From Raillietiella orientalis (lineage: Eukaryota): a DNA stretch of 64,000 nucleotides. Below, one piece after another: positions 12,301 to 24,860 of the stretch (positions are counted from its first letter, which is position 1; each line of letters starts with the position of its first letter). The notes below the pieces were generated by a model, which was not told where the DNA came from, searched no databases, and saw only the letters and a program-made list of their open reading frames with translations. A program made the position numbers and the translations under genes. The stretch is taken from assembly GCA_036172245.1 (NCBI GenBank), contig JAYWIR010000046.1, forward strand, positions 806,001 to 870,000, written 5' to 3'.

Positions 12301-12879
12301 TGACTTCAACACATGCAAAAGACAGTCTTCATGCCATCAAATCTAAAACATGAAAACAAAAGGTTACATTTGTTGTTAAAGTTTACAATTTCAGTTATAT
12401 TTCAATACATGCAAACAAGATCACACACTCAAGTATCCATATTTTATGCTGTGAGTCACTGAGTTGGTTCATTTACATCACTAATGAATGCATCTGATGA
12501 GAAGCCAAAATCATGAAATCTTTGAACAAAGTGAACTTCACTTATGTTCAATTACATATCAGTCTCTCCTTCCCTAAAATCATAGTTTCACAATATGTAT
12601 CAGTTACAGTCAAAAGCCAGTGTTGCAGCAGTCTTTGCATAAACAAAGAGAACTATAGAACTTTTATTCCTGAATGAAATAAGAAAAATTCACACCTTGT
12701 GTTTCCAAACAGAATAAGTTGTTGGAATGTCTGTCATGTATTTATGAAATCCTCATGAAATCATGAGAACAACCACTGAATACAATTACAATTTTCTACA
12801 AAGAACTCTCTAACAGAGAACAGAAGAGTTCTAAGCACACCTCAATATGGAAAAAATTGGAATTCCAAACAATGCATTT

Positions 12880-13750
12880 CTCCTTTTGCACTTCGTGAAA
12901 GGTTTTCCCTATGGATTCCCTCTCCCTTTAATGGTAAACATGAATGACTGAACAATATACTTGACTGTCAAGTTGCAACACATGAAGAATTATACCTAAA
13001 AGCAGTACTGCAAGCTGTTTCATTATGAAAAATACATTAACAGAAATGCAATCTTCCTAATCAATGCTTAACATTCACACCTATATCCATGCATATCAAT
13101 GTTTTTACTTATTTGTTGGTCTCTAAAAATGCTCTTTTGGAGGAATAAGCAGATTCACTACAGCATTTCCAACCCAGAAGACTTTCATGCATACAAAGAA
13201 AACAAACCTATTCTGGATAGAAAATTTAGATCAGACATCCAAATTCCTGATGCAAATCTATCAAGCTGCTTTCTAGCATTTAATTAAATCTGAGAACTTC
13301 TACAGCTGCTCATACATAGGGTGAAGCATGTAAATGCAAACTCGAACAATTGCAAGTATGGGAGAAAATTTCACAATCAACATTCCATAATCACAATCAG
13401 ATACCAGAATGGTGCTAATTTCACGCTAACAATGTATTCCATGCATTTAAAATGATGGAAAAAAACAGCAGCAGCTTTAGGGAATGGCTTCAGTAGGCTT
13501 ACCTAGAACTGCTACTTGAATAAAAGAACGGTTCAGCTATTAAACAAATCCCAACAGCAAATTCAAAACCTATACCACAATCAACCCCATATGTCAAATT
13601 ATGAGTACCAAAATCATCGCTACTACCCCGTGGAGAAGGCAACTTCACCCAATTGTCAATCACAATTACTACCAAAATCATACATGCAGATTCTCTTGAG
13701 AATTTGAAAACGTTAGGATCCATCCTCATTCCTGATTATTGGAATACTTT
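12880..13750 (+). mobile_element. Highly decayed Penelope-like RT remnant; boundaries approximate
   Basis: Frameshifted motifs GFPMDS(P)LSPLMVN (~12900; cf. GxPMGSPLSP) and ENKPILD (cf. LPFLD) in the expected order. Confidence 0.35.
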
Positions 13751-14689
13751 TTCTCTCTTAGATAAGAACCTAGGATTTGCAAACGCAAGATGATGGAATA
13801 CTCGCAGAACACATGAATGCAGAAGAACGACTATGCAATAAAACCTTAAAGTTTACTCAACATTTACTTTGATGAAGGCACCTTGCATGAATCAGTTACA
13901 CCTCTTATTTCACAATAGTGGCTAACAATCAATTTTCCCGTCAGCAGTTTTGACAGTTTTCCAGTTATTTGAAAATTTCTCTTACGTTGCTTGGATATGT
14001 GATAGCACGCTACTCCAGCCGTGCTACATTTGCTGGTCGCAGCCAGACACTGAATACTAGTTACGGAAGCGAAAAGGCGGCAAAAGCTGGGATACGTCAC
14101 ACGAACAGCATAGCAGCTCTTTTCAAACATGCCGCAGTTTATGCTGTTGCATGATCGTCGATGCTTTCGCAGTGCTGTGCATCACGAGTTTTCTTTTCTC
14201 ATATCTCTCTCTTTATTTCCGTCTTCCAAACACAAAACATGCTTCATTTTTAAGTCTTCTGAGATTTCAACCATTGCATCAAGAACACACATTATCGATT
14301 CCCAATCAGTTATTGACTAAAATTGCAACCAGCTCCAATTCCACACTACTAGACATATTGCAGTAAATCCGTCTCGGTTTGCAGAGTTACTGGTAGCTTT
14401 CCTTCACCAAGAACTGCAAAACTGAGAAAACTACCAATACCTGAAAACTATTGAAATGCAAAGCAGCAACGTGCATTTGTCAGTGAAACGCACAAACGTA
14501 TAGTACACATGAGTTACGAGTACTAAATGGACAATGACTGAAATATGCTCATTTGCAAGGATGATGCTCTTCTGTTTCTTCTCATGTTAATACCCTGACA
14601 ACCATAGTCGGCATTTCGGTTTCCAGGAAAAAAAAGTAGGTGCATCGGTATGAAGTACGACTATGCAGGCGAAAATCCGTTTCAAAGTA

Positions 14690-15300
14690 TAATCAATGCG
14701 AACAAATGTTTCTTCTTCACCAATGGTGATCACCTGAGATTCCAAGAGTATAGATTCATCCACACAGCATGGCTATACGTCCTACCAGTCAGGGCTGGGC
14801 CCAGGATGAAACCAGAACGCGCGTGCCGGCACTGCCGGGCGGAAGATGGAACGTTGTCTCACATATTGAACAAATGCAGGAGACAGTTTCATCTGTCCAA
14901 TGCGCAACACGACGCGATTCAAGAGATGATCATCAAGGCAGCAGTGGATGAGGCAAAGTGGACACTAGGGTCCACCAACCAGAGAGCTCCAGGAACGAGC
15001 TCCCTCTTAAGACCGGACTTAGTGATGAAAAAAGAGACCGGTTTATAGTGCTGGACATCTGCTGGCCATACGAGGGTGGAGGAGAAGAGCCCAGCGCAGC
15101 TAGGAGGAGAAAACAGGAAAAAGACAAGGAAGTAGCCCTTCAGCTAAGCAGAGAGGGGAAGCAATGCAAGGCACATGCTCTTATCGGTGACTCTCTGGAA
15201 GTCTTGGATCCAGGTAACGAGGAAGTACTACAGAAACTGGGAATTCCAAAAAAGAACTTGAGGACAATGTTTGAACCTAGTTGCGCTGGATCGCTTATTT
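14690..15300 (+). mobile_element. 3' fragment of an RLE-type (NeSL/Utopia-like, R2 group) non-LTR retrotransposon
   Basis: FFFTNGDHLRFQEYRFIH, CCHC finger CRHC...TLSHILNKC, HDAI (cf. RHN), LRPDLV, IVLDICWPYE, ARRRKQEK and ALIGDSL..DPGN...LGI give the PD-(D/E)xK restriction-like endonuclease layout; one frameshift near 15040. Confidence 0.85.
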
Positions 15301-15429
15301 TGAAACAAGAACAAAATAAACTACGAGGCGGAGGGGAAAAGTAACTCCTTAGAAACGCGAAACGCCAAAAGAAGAGAAAGGAAGTTGACCCAGGATAACC
15401 ATCGGCGAGCAAGCCGGCTTCCAAAAACT

Positions 15430-16167
15430 AGGGAACGGAGGGAGGAGGCAATAAATAAATAAAAAAAGATGGGAGGGTGGAACAGAGGCCTTTGGTATGT
15501 AACATCCCTTAATTCAGTAGAGACTGTGGACAGTGGCGATCTCCCTGGCGACTTCTTCTGGCAGATGAGGCCACCTTGCTGCTGCACTCATAAGGGCTGC
15601 TGCCACGCTGGTGGCTTCTCTTCGCTGCGAACTTGATTCCAGCACATGGCACTATGGCACGGTTGCAACCGACTGTTTTGATCACAGAGCCTTTCGCCAG
15701 TCTGCATTCTGTAAAAAATCGCTGCAGCAAGTCCGTTTCCGGTCTTGCGGTCTACGGAGTGTCGCAGCGAGTCTCCTCCACAAGTCCGCGGGGGCACTGC
15801 AGTCCAACAGCAGGTGCGGTTGGACTGCGGTTCGAGGAACCAATTCCCCTGGAAACTAGGTGTCCGCGCTGAATGCACTGGAACCCCTAGTGCAGAAACA
15901 GCAGAACATCCTGTCTCCAGCTTAGCGGGAGCACGGAGGTGTCCACGCAGAGGGAAGGGATCATGAGTTCTCCGGAGGGTACACGAAGCAGCTCACTTCA
16001 CCGAAGGATCTTCTTCTCCCGGAAACGAGTAGGGGCGTTCACCAATTCGCTCGTTTTGTAGCCGTTCAGGAGTTTTTCGACTCCTGCAATGTTACAGGAG
16101 AACTACCACTCCGCTGGTTGGCTGCTGTCATTACTTACCTTGAGGGCAGACAGCGCTGCAGCGAGAA
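15430..16167 (-). mobile_element. Decayed 3' fragment of the Tx1-like family
   Basis: LAAALSAL, QRGHLVS, PHLLLDC and LLQRFF align with the C-terminus of the 5.3-6.6 kb copy; family-type 3' UTR near 15430-15490. Confidence 0.75.
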
Positions 16168-17660
16168 GTTTTTCACCCGGATATGCCGGGGCATTATTAT
16201 TAAAATTTTAACAAAATGAAATTTCTTAATAAAGTCTTATAATGTTTTTCAGGCAGAACGCGTGGTTCTGCCTGTCTTGTAATACTTGTGTTTACCGGTC
16301 TGCAGGCCGGTGAGGTCCTCTTGGCTTGTGAAGGGGAAGGGGAAAACCACAAAAAAAAACAAAAACACGAGGGGAAGGGCAATGTTTTACAGGGAAGGAG
16401 GGGGAGGAGAAAGGGATCACGATTCGCTGCGATGGATCCTCTGCATTCGAGTTTGGATGCGCACAAGTACCGGTCGAATTTTCCTTAGCCGGGGCCATTG
16501 GGAAGCCTTGTCCATGGAGATGGCCGCCCAGTGAATGGCACTCCGGCTTAAGCGGCCTCTCCTCGACCCAGTCCACTACAGCGAGGTGTAAGACGGCTAA
16601 CCGGAACCATTGCGTCCAATTCTGCAGATCTCCCAGCGGCTTGCGTATGAGGCCCTGCAGCGGTCACAATTCCTCTAGGCGCACTTCCAAAGTGGCAGTG
16701 CACTGCTCCAGAGCTTCCTGCCGCTAGGTATTCCAGTTTATGGAGCGGCAGAAGATCCACGGATAGTCTAGCAGAAACAAGGACAGATGCCTCAGGGGGT
16801 AGCCGAATCCAGTTCTCCGGAGTAGGCTGCGCGGCAGCAGCGAAAGAAGTTCTGCGCTTCCAACGCATCTCTGAAGGATGTGGCGTGATGGAGCACACCA
16901 ATGGGAGGACCACAATTTTCCAAACAGGGAGAGAAGTCGGAATTTAACCTGCAGTCCGATCTTCTCGATAGTCAAGATGCCCACGCCAGCTTCCTGGTGC
17001 GGCACCACCAAGTCTTTCAGTCGGATCCGGGACTTTGCAGCGCCTCACAAGGCTTTCCGTAGGAGGCTCTGCGCCTAGATCTTCACCGAATGAAGGGGTG
17101 GGAAAACAAAAAATACGGATAGGAGGAGGGAGGCAATAAAACTGTTTCAGATGGAGGTCCTCTCCGACAAGACGAACTTGTCTTCGAGGAACGGACCGAG
17201 CACTGTCTCGGCCTTTTGAAGCCAGAGATGGTGCTCGGCCGCTTAACCGGTATGGACTTTCTGAAGAAAGCAAACAGGTGGCCTCATCTGAAACAGGAAG
17301 TCAGCAGGGAGATCAGCAACATTGCACGAACAATTTAGAAGATAAGAAGCAATTCCGGTGTTTCCTTCCCTCCCACCAAAGATTTACTTATTTGTTCATC
17401 CCCTCATGCCCTCATTGCTGCAGACAATTTCTTCGCAGTCCTGCGAATCCTCCCCTGATGAATTTTTTTGTGTTTATTTTTTTTTTCGATTCACAGGGGA
17501 CGACGTTCCTTGGTTTTTCATGTAGTTTTATTTTTTAATTAAAATAAACGCCCCGGCGCAACCTTTTGAAGCCTTTCGAAAGCAGGCTGACCACGTTTCT
17601 GACGAGCAGAAGTCGTCCAACGGAACGTCAAGGTACCGAAATGTTCCACACAAAAATGCG
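16168..17660 (-). mobile_element. Tx1-like copy with internal deletion, interrupted by a plus-strand insertion at 17224-17561
   Basis: FRYLDVPL..WSACFRKA, KAETVLGPF and LKDLVVPHQEAGVGILTIEKIGLQV; terminal hairpin at 16168-16200 (minus: AATAATGCCCCGGCATATCCGGGTGAAAAAC). Confidence 0.8.
17224..17561 (+). mobile_element. Very short 5'-truncated Tx1-like insertion with a 12-bp target-site duplication
   Basis: WPHLKQEVSREI C-terminal motif, 3' UTR and AATAAACGCCCCGGCGCAA; flanked by CCTTTTGAAGCC at 17212-17223 and 17562-17573. Confidence 0.75.
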
Positions 17661-18541
17661 TCCAGTAAATGACATCCTTGCCATTCTGTCCTCTTCTGGA
17701 CGCGTTCCATGCCGCCACGATTCCACGAATGCAGCACAGCACTGCTACAGACGCAGCCGGGGGAAAGGTGAGACGAGAGAAGAAGCGCCTGAAAATGTCC
17801 CTTGGGGCGCCTCCGCCAATGTTCAGGAGTTTCACAAGTCGATTTCAGAGGGGACGGAGGGCGATACAGTCGACGAGAAGGTGGAGGCATGTCTCTTTCA
17901 ATGGACAAACAAAAAGCAAGGGGCGGAGGAGAGGGGCCGCAAACGCGTTCCACACCGCGGTGCGCTCCTGAAAGTAAAACTTGCCTTCATGGAACGGACC
18001 AACGATGCCTTTTGGAGACGGTCGGACCAGGCTTCTGCTGTTCAGAAGTCCCCCAACGGAACGCCAAGGTACTTGAAGCACTTGACCGTGGGGATCCCCA
18101 AGCGGATCCAGTCCGACCGTCCAGCCCATGCCGAGCCGACAGGAACGATGGACGACTTTGCTCTGTTCACCTCCAGGCTCGTCCCGAGGCATAGCAACTC
18201 GAAGAAACCCTCGAGCGCAGATGCCGGGGTGGACCCGGGGAGGAGCAGCAGCAGATCATCTGCATAAGCCGACACGGTAGGAGTGCCGGGACACGAGCTC
18301 GGCAGGGGTGCTAAAGTCTCCCTGTATGCTCTCAGCACCAACTCGAAGTAGATGCTAAAGAGCAAAGGGCTCAGCCTGTCTCCCTGCCGGATGCCGCGGC
18401 GCACTGGCACGCCGCACACGTGCCGGCGGCTGAAACTAATGTTAATTCACGCGTTGCGCCAGCAGGAGCGCAGGTAGGACTTGGACACCATCATGAAACC
18501 CATGCGTGCCAGGGGCTCCAGAAGGAGTTCCTGGTCCTTGC
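17660..18541 (-). mobile_element. Tx1-like RT fragment; downstream half of the copy whose upstream half is at 25835-26330
   Basis: DQELLLE, GIRQGDRLSPLLF, AYADDLLL and FKYLGVPL, then a deletion into the C-terminal LHLLVDC region. Confidence 0.9.
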
Positions 18542-18545
18542 TTGT

Positions 18546-18559
18546 GCGGACGTGTTTTC
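18546..18559 (+). promoter_or_regulatory. DPE-like internal Pol II promoter motif at the element 5' end
   Basis: GCGGACGTGTTTTC lies 4 bp inside the element start and resembles the (A/G)GACGTG downstream promoter element of invertebrate LINE 5' UTRs. Confidence 0.45.
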
Positions 18560-18695
18560 TTGGTGCTCCTCGGTGCCAGGAACCCTCTCTACTTTGCGAA
18601 GTGTTCTGTGGTTCGGTGGTCGATCAGGCAGCAATTCCTGACACAATCACCAGTAAGTGCCAGGAGGCTTCTGGGCTCCGTTGCCCCCAGAAGTG

Positions 18696-19742
18696 ATGGA
18701 GGTGGGGGCATCCACCCCCACAGGATCAGTCCCCGCTGCAGCGCGGGCGTGGAGTGCCGTCGTAGCGGCGCCTACGCCTGCAGCCGCGGTGGAAATCAAT
18801 GCCTACATGGAGGAGGGGTATAACCCCTCACTACCCTATAATGTAGGAAATTTGTACTCTCCTGAGAGTGCACGCGACTTCTCCAAGGCGATGCGCGCTC
18901 TCAACGTTCAGGAGGAAGAACTGTGCGCAATGACCATCCGGGGGACAGTACGTCGAGGTGATCTGCAAACAGATCTGGCTCAATGTCTGCTCAAAACCCC
19001 CGTTGTGATGGGGAAATGCAGGCTTCTTCCCATAACGGTGGACCGCAGCATTGTGGTCCACCTGTTAGGTGTAACCGCGAGGATGCGTAGGGAAACGTAC
19101 GCGCCGCACTCGAACAGTACGGTACGGTACACGCGCAGTGGTCCAAGCCTGGTCCCTTTGTGGACTATACTGGACTTTAATAAGGCCTCTCGGCTGCACA
19201 CATCACCGTCCGTGAGGACTGTTCGCTTCCCCACAAACTAGTGGTCGCCGGTGAAACGGTAAACCTGTGGTATGTGGGGAAGTCCAAATACTGCGGCTTC
19301 TGCAATGCGTCGGGCCATCTCAAAAAGAGTTGCCCCAACGTGCAGTGCCAGGTATGCGGGACAATGGGCCACACAAGGGAGGTGTGCTCACAAGCAGCAG
19401 TGCGCGTGGTGTCCGCAAGGAACTCCAAAAAACGCGCCAGGCTGCTATAAAAAAAGCTTGTGGCCAAAGCTGCCGCGAAAGCTGTGCCACCCGCACCCAA
19501 GGCCCAGGCTGCACGCGAGACCCCGGCGAACAACGCCGAAAACGTCGAGGGAAACGACCAGGAGCCTGAACGGCAGGTGGCAACAGCCAAAAAATCAAAA
19601 AATGAGAGGAGAGAAGCGAAAAAACTCTCCTACCGCAGCAAAAAGCAGCTGGGTAGCGAGTCGATTAAAGATTGCAGCGTCGTCGTAGAGCGCGTTCCCG
19701 ATGTTCCCGAACACTGCGAGCAAGAACTCGCCGCCACCGAGG
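18696..19742 (+). pseudogene. Retrotransposon ORF1 (gag-like, two CCHC zinc knuckles), disrupted and 3'-truncated
   Basis: YCGFCNASGHLKKSCPNVQCQVCGTMGHTREVC; stops at 19241 and 19450 plus frameshifts. Confidence 0.85.
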
Positions 19743-20380
19743 TTTCCACCCGGGTACGCCGGGGCGTTTATTGAACTCAACAAAACGTGGTACGAGGCCC
19801 CACTAACGGCCAACACAACACCGGACCTGCCGGGACGCAGCCCGGCGTGACTCTCCTCGGCAGTGAAAGGGGACGGGAAAAAAACAAAAAGAAAAAATAA
19901 AGAGAACCAAAAAAAAAAGACTTTGGAGGGCCGGGAAGGGATCATTGTTCACTGGGAGGGAGGCCCAGTGAACAATGGACAAAGCATTCGAGGAGGCCCA
20001 TCCTTTGCAGGATGCTCTCGAGGTCCTTCAGCATTTGTCCCAGCTGGGGCCATCCCGTTGCTCTTTCCATAAAGCAAACAGCATAGGGGATGATGTCCCT
20101 CTCGTTATCATCGACAACTTCTTCGTGGGCATCACTCCAAGCCTCCACGATGCCACGGATGCAGCAGAGTGCTGCCAGGGCTGCGGCTGGCTGCAGGGCG
20201 TCCCTCACGAAGAGGGCCAGAAAATGTCTCTGGGTGCGCTGTCCACCGGGAGCCCGAGGGTCGTCCCAAAACGTTCCCATAGGGGTCGGAGGGCAGCACA
20301 ATCAACAATAAGGTGGGGGAGCGATTCCTACTCCCCACACGTGGCACACTCAGGATTTACTCTTCCCCGCGACTGGCTGG
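19743..20380 (-). mobile_element. Antisense 5'-truncated Tx1-like insertion replacing the ORF1/ORF2 junction
   Basis: VNPECATCGE*ESLPHLIVDC...ALCCIRGIV, then 3' UTR and terminal AATAAACGCCCCGGCGTACCCGGGTGGAAAC at 19772-19743. No target-site duplication seen. Confidence 0.85.
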
Positions 20381-22783
20381 CTGATACAAACGTACGCAAG
20401 GCACATCTGATCGGTGGGAATTTCAACATCCGCCTGCTCTCAGGTGTTCCTTGCGGGCAAAAAGACTCGGCCAGCGAGTTGTGCGCTGCTATGAGCACGC
20501 GCAACTTGTTGGGGTACCTACCGGAAATGGTCCAAAGCGTCGACCACGTCTTCCTTGACACCGACTTGTGCCTACGGGTCGGCAGACGAGGGAAACTTCC
20601 GTCGACGCTATCGGACCATTTCCCGCTCATTTTCGAGGTTATGCCTCGCGACAAAGGACCACCATCCAGGGCGTGGCGTCTGCCCGGGGACTGGACGCGC
20701 ATCTCAGGTGCGGCGGAACATCTCTGCCAATTCCTGGGAGGCGTCATCCTCCGGAATCTCGACGACTGGGACCGCATGAAGGTCTCAGTCCGCGAGTTCT
20801 GCGAGGAGTTCCCTCTGCATCGCCTGCTCCGGGGATTTGGTGAGGGGGCCCACAACGAAAGAGCGTATTTGCACACCCGTCGTTACGCGAGGACCCCTGA
20901 CGTCCGTTGCTTGGCCGAGTACAAAGCCGGGGCCGAGCGTCAGGCCTGGCAAACCGGGCCGCCCAGCGTGCTGGACGACTTGGACCAGGAACACTCGGAC
21001 CCAGCATCGATACGTCGCCTCGTGCGGGGATTTTACTCCTCCCTTTACTCCAGGGCACCTGCGGAGTGGGACACCTCGCGGCGCTTGCTCCCAGATGGAG
21101 CCCCGGCAATAGGAGAGGAGGAGAAAGAAAGCCTCGACGGGCCTTTTACGACCGGTGAAATCATCACCACGATTAAAAGGCTCAAGAGGCGTAAGGCGCC
21201 AGGGGAGGACGGCCTGCCGGCAGAGTTCTTTCAGTGCTTCGCTGCAGAGCTGACCCCCCTGGTGCTCGAGTTGACACGGCTGATCCGAGACGAAGGCGAT
21301 GTTCCCGCCTCGTTCCGGTCAGCCAGGGTGAGGCTCCTTCCTAAGGGAGGAGACCTCAGGAGATTAAGCAACTGGCGTCCGATCACGATTGTGAACACGG
21401 ACGCCAAGTTGTTGGCTGGACTGTGGGCTGCGCGGCTGGGACAGGTAGCGGACAGCTTCGTCAGCCCGGAACAGACGTACGCTGCTCCCGGGCGAAGCAT
21501 GGAGGTCAACCTGTACCACTCTAACGCTACCACCTGGCTAGAGCTCCAACACGAAAGGGGCTTGGTGCTCAACCGGAATTCCGGTGAGTCCGTCAGCAAT
21601 GGGTAGGATGGTTGGGTGGGGGAGGGAGCCCTTGCGGTCGCAGTCAACTTGCACAAAGCATTCGACTGCGTCGACCAGAGGCTCCTGCTGGAGCTTCTGG
21701 AACGCTTGGGCTTCCCGGCCTCATTATTGGCCTATCTGCGCTCCAGCTGACGCGACACGCTCATCAACGTTTCTTCCAGCGGGCAGACCGTGCACGGCGT
21801 GCCGGCGCGGTGTGAGATACGGCAGGGAGACAGCCTGAGCCCCCTGCTCTTCAGTACCTACTTTGAGTTGGTACTGAGCGCGTACAGGGAAACTCTGGCG
21901 CACCTGCCGCACGACTGCGCCGGTACGCCTGCGGTTTCAGCGTACGCGGACGACCTTCTGCTGCTGCTCCCTATGTCCACCCCGGCTTCGGCGGTCGAGG
22001 AGTTCTTCGACCTGCTCAGTCGGGGAACAGGACTAAAGGTGAACAGGGCGAAGTCGTCCGTGATGCCAGTTGGTGCGGCGTGGGCAGGGCAGCAGGACTG
22101 GGCTGGGTCCGCTCAGGGATCCCCACGGTGAGGTACTTCAAGTACCTTGATGTGCCGTTGGTAGGCTATTCTCCTGAGGAAGCGTGGTCCCGCTGCCTCC
22201 AGACAGTAGAGACGGCAATCGGTCCGTTCCAAGGCGGCAGGTTTTTCCTGCCGGTACGGGCCACGGTTTGGAACAAGTTCGCGGCTTCTCTCCTCCGCCC
22301 CCTGCTTTTTGTTTGTCCCCCCACAGAGAGGATAAAAAAGCGGACGAAGGACCTCCTCCCCTTTGGGACAAAGGGAGTGCCCGAGTCCGCTTGAAGGACT
22401 TGTGCGCTCCGCGTCGGGACGGCGGTCTCGGCCTTCTAACGTTGAAGCGGCTGGAGCTTCACCTCCAGTTTAGAATGATGACCGTTGTGCCGGAGTTGTG
22501 GTACACCTGCTGGTGCGTCCCTGCACGCCTCCTCGTCATGCAAGCCATCGGGAAGACGGGACTCACGTCCTTTCTTGCACTCCATCGCAGTCGCATCAAC
22601 CGATGTGGGCTCCAGCTGCGGAGGGTAGCTGCCTTGACACGGAGAATCCCTGGATTGATTACCTGTCGCCCCGCGAACGGTAGTGCCTGGTTGCAGGAAA
22701 CCGTTCGCACGTGGGCACAGAGCGGCATGCAACGCGCCGTACAGGAACGACGGTTTCTCTTCGGGCTCTACAGAAGTTGCACG

Positions 22784-24860
22784 TCGCGGTCGATCTCCGC
22801 AAGGCGTTCGACTGCGTGAATCAGGATCTCCTCCTGGAGCTCCTGGAACGCCTCGGTCTCCCGGTGCACCTCGTGGCCTATTTGCGCGCTTGCTGGCGCC
22901 ACGCGCTGATTTCGATCTCTTTCAGCGGCTGCCACGTGTACGGCGTGCCGGTGCGGCGGGGCATCAGGCAGGGCGACAGCTTAAGCCCGTTGCTCTTCAG
23001 CATCTTCTTTGAGTTGGTGCTGAGGGCGTACAGGCTGACGCTGGCCAACCTGCCGAGCTCTTGTCCAGGAACGCCGTCCGTGGCGGCCTATGCCGACGAC
23101 CTGCTTCTCCTTTTACCCATGACCACTCTGGCGTCCAGTCTCTAGGATTTCTTCGAGCTGATTCGCCGGGGAGCGGGCATGAGCGTAAACCGGAGTAAAA
23201 GCTTGGTCGTTCCTATTGGTGCGGCGTGGGAGGGGCAGTCCGACTGGATCCGCCCGGGCATCCCGACCGCTTCGTCCTTCCAATACTTGGGCGTTCCGCT
23301 GGGGAACGTCAGTCCAGTGGAAGTGTGGTCGGACTGCCTTCGGAAGGCTACGAGTGCTCTGAGCCCGTTCCACCACGGCAGGTTCCTCCTGTCGGAGCGG
23401 GCCGCGGTATGGAACACCTTCGTTGCCCCCCTCTTGCGCCCCCTGATTTTTGTTTGTCCGCACCCCCACTCGGCCAAGCTTCAGGCGCACGCCTGTTGAG
23501 GAACGCTCTGTGGGGACCTGCGAGGTCCAGGATCCGCTTCAAAGACTTGGCGGCTCCGCGTCGGGATGCCGGCTTGGGCATCCTGACGCTGGAGAGAATC
23601 GAGCTGCAGGTGCAGCTTCGAATGTTGGCCCTGTGCGCCAACCAGGTCCACTCCGTGGTGTGCTCCCGCGCGCCTGCTCCTGCGGCGCTGCACCGGCAGC
23701 GATGGACTTCTGTCGCTCCGGCCGCATACGGAGCGCGCCACGAGAAGCTTCGGTTTCCCGTTGAAACCGCTTTACCGGCTCCCGGAAGCCCAGGAATGGA
23801 TCTCCTGCCGCCCAACGAACTTTGAATCCTGTCAGCAGGAGCCGTTGCATGCCTGGGCAAAGCACGAGGATGTTTCCCTTCTGGAACTCCGTTGCGCTCA
23901 CCTCTCCCCGTACTGCACGGTGGATGAGGTGTGCAACAGCCAGGAGAAGTGGACCCGCCTGGCCGTCACGCCCCTCGCCGACGCTCTGTCAGCCCTCAGG
24001 GCAAGAGATGACAGCGAGATGGGAGGTCGCCTGCACCATCGCAGAAGCAACACGACCCATAGGCTGCTGGAGGACTTGCGAGCTGGCAGACGCCGCCACG
24101 CCTCGCCACATCCCGAAGGGACTCCTTCGGTGTAGTGAACACTTGAGTGTGCCCCCCGAAGAACTTGTGATCCCTCCCTCGTGTCTGAACACTTCTGTGT
24201 TCCCTCTGAACTGGAAGCAGGACGTCATCATGCTGGTGCATTGGGGTTTTCACTCCAACCAGCGGACGAACCGTGTTTCCGGGGGAGTTGTCTCCCCGAA
24301 CTGTAAGCGGTGCGGGGAAGTGGAAACGCTCCCGCACCTGTGGTGCCCTCCTAGAACTGAGGCGGAGGCTGGCCTCAACCCTCCTGCACCAGGGGGACAC
24401 CGCGAGAGACTGGGACACCGCTTCTTCACGCCAGGTGGCCTATCTTTAGGTGCTGTCGTTGCAACCGTGTGTTGCACCCGCGCCATCGACAAGGCCCACC
24501 GAGAGTTGGAGAAGCTGGCCATCCTTCGTCAGCCCACCGGATTAGCCAGCGCGAACATGGCGGCGGCGGCCGAGTGGGCCCATCTTCCAGAGGGCGTTAG
24601 GAGAGAGATCGCCGGCATCCATCGCCGGTTCTGAAAGGAAGAAACAACCTTACCAAAGACCCCTGTCCCCTGCACTCCATATCTTTATTTTTATTTTTTA
24701 TACTAGTGTATTTGTGGTCCCCTCTCTCCCATTCCGGACTTTCCGTATACCGACCTGCGTGTCGGGGATCCCACCCCCTTCGTCTCTTCTGTATCCTTTG
24801 TCCGGGAACTCTGTTCCTGGATAGTTAAGAAATGAACGCCCCGGCGCACCCGGGTGATAA
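22784..24860 (+). mobile_element. 5'-truncated Tx1-like copy nested in ORF2, with a 14-bp target-site duplication
   Basis: Starts at AVDLRKAFD and ends AATGAACGCCCCGGCGCACCCGGGTGATAA; flanked by ACAGAAGTTGCACG at 22770-22783 and 24861-24874. Confidence 0.92.

Noticed and set aside
19975..21606. 543-aa ORF as an intact ORF2
   Set aside because: It is chimeric: the first ~135 codons are the antisense strand of another insertion, the APE N-terminus is missing, and the RT is broken downstream.
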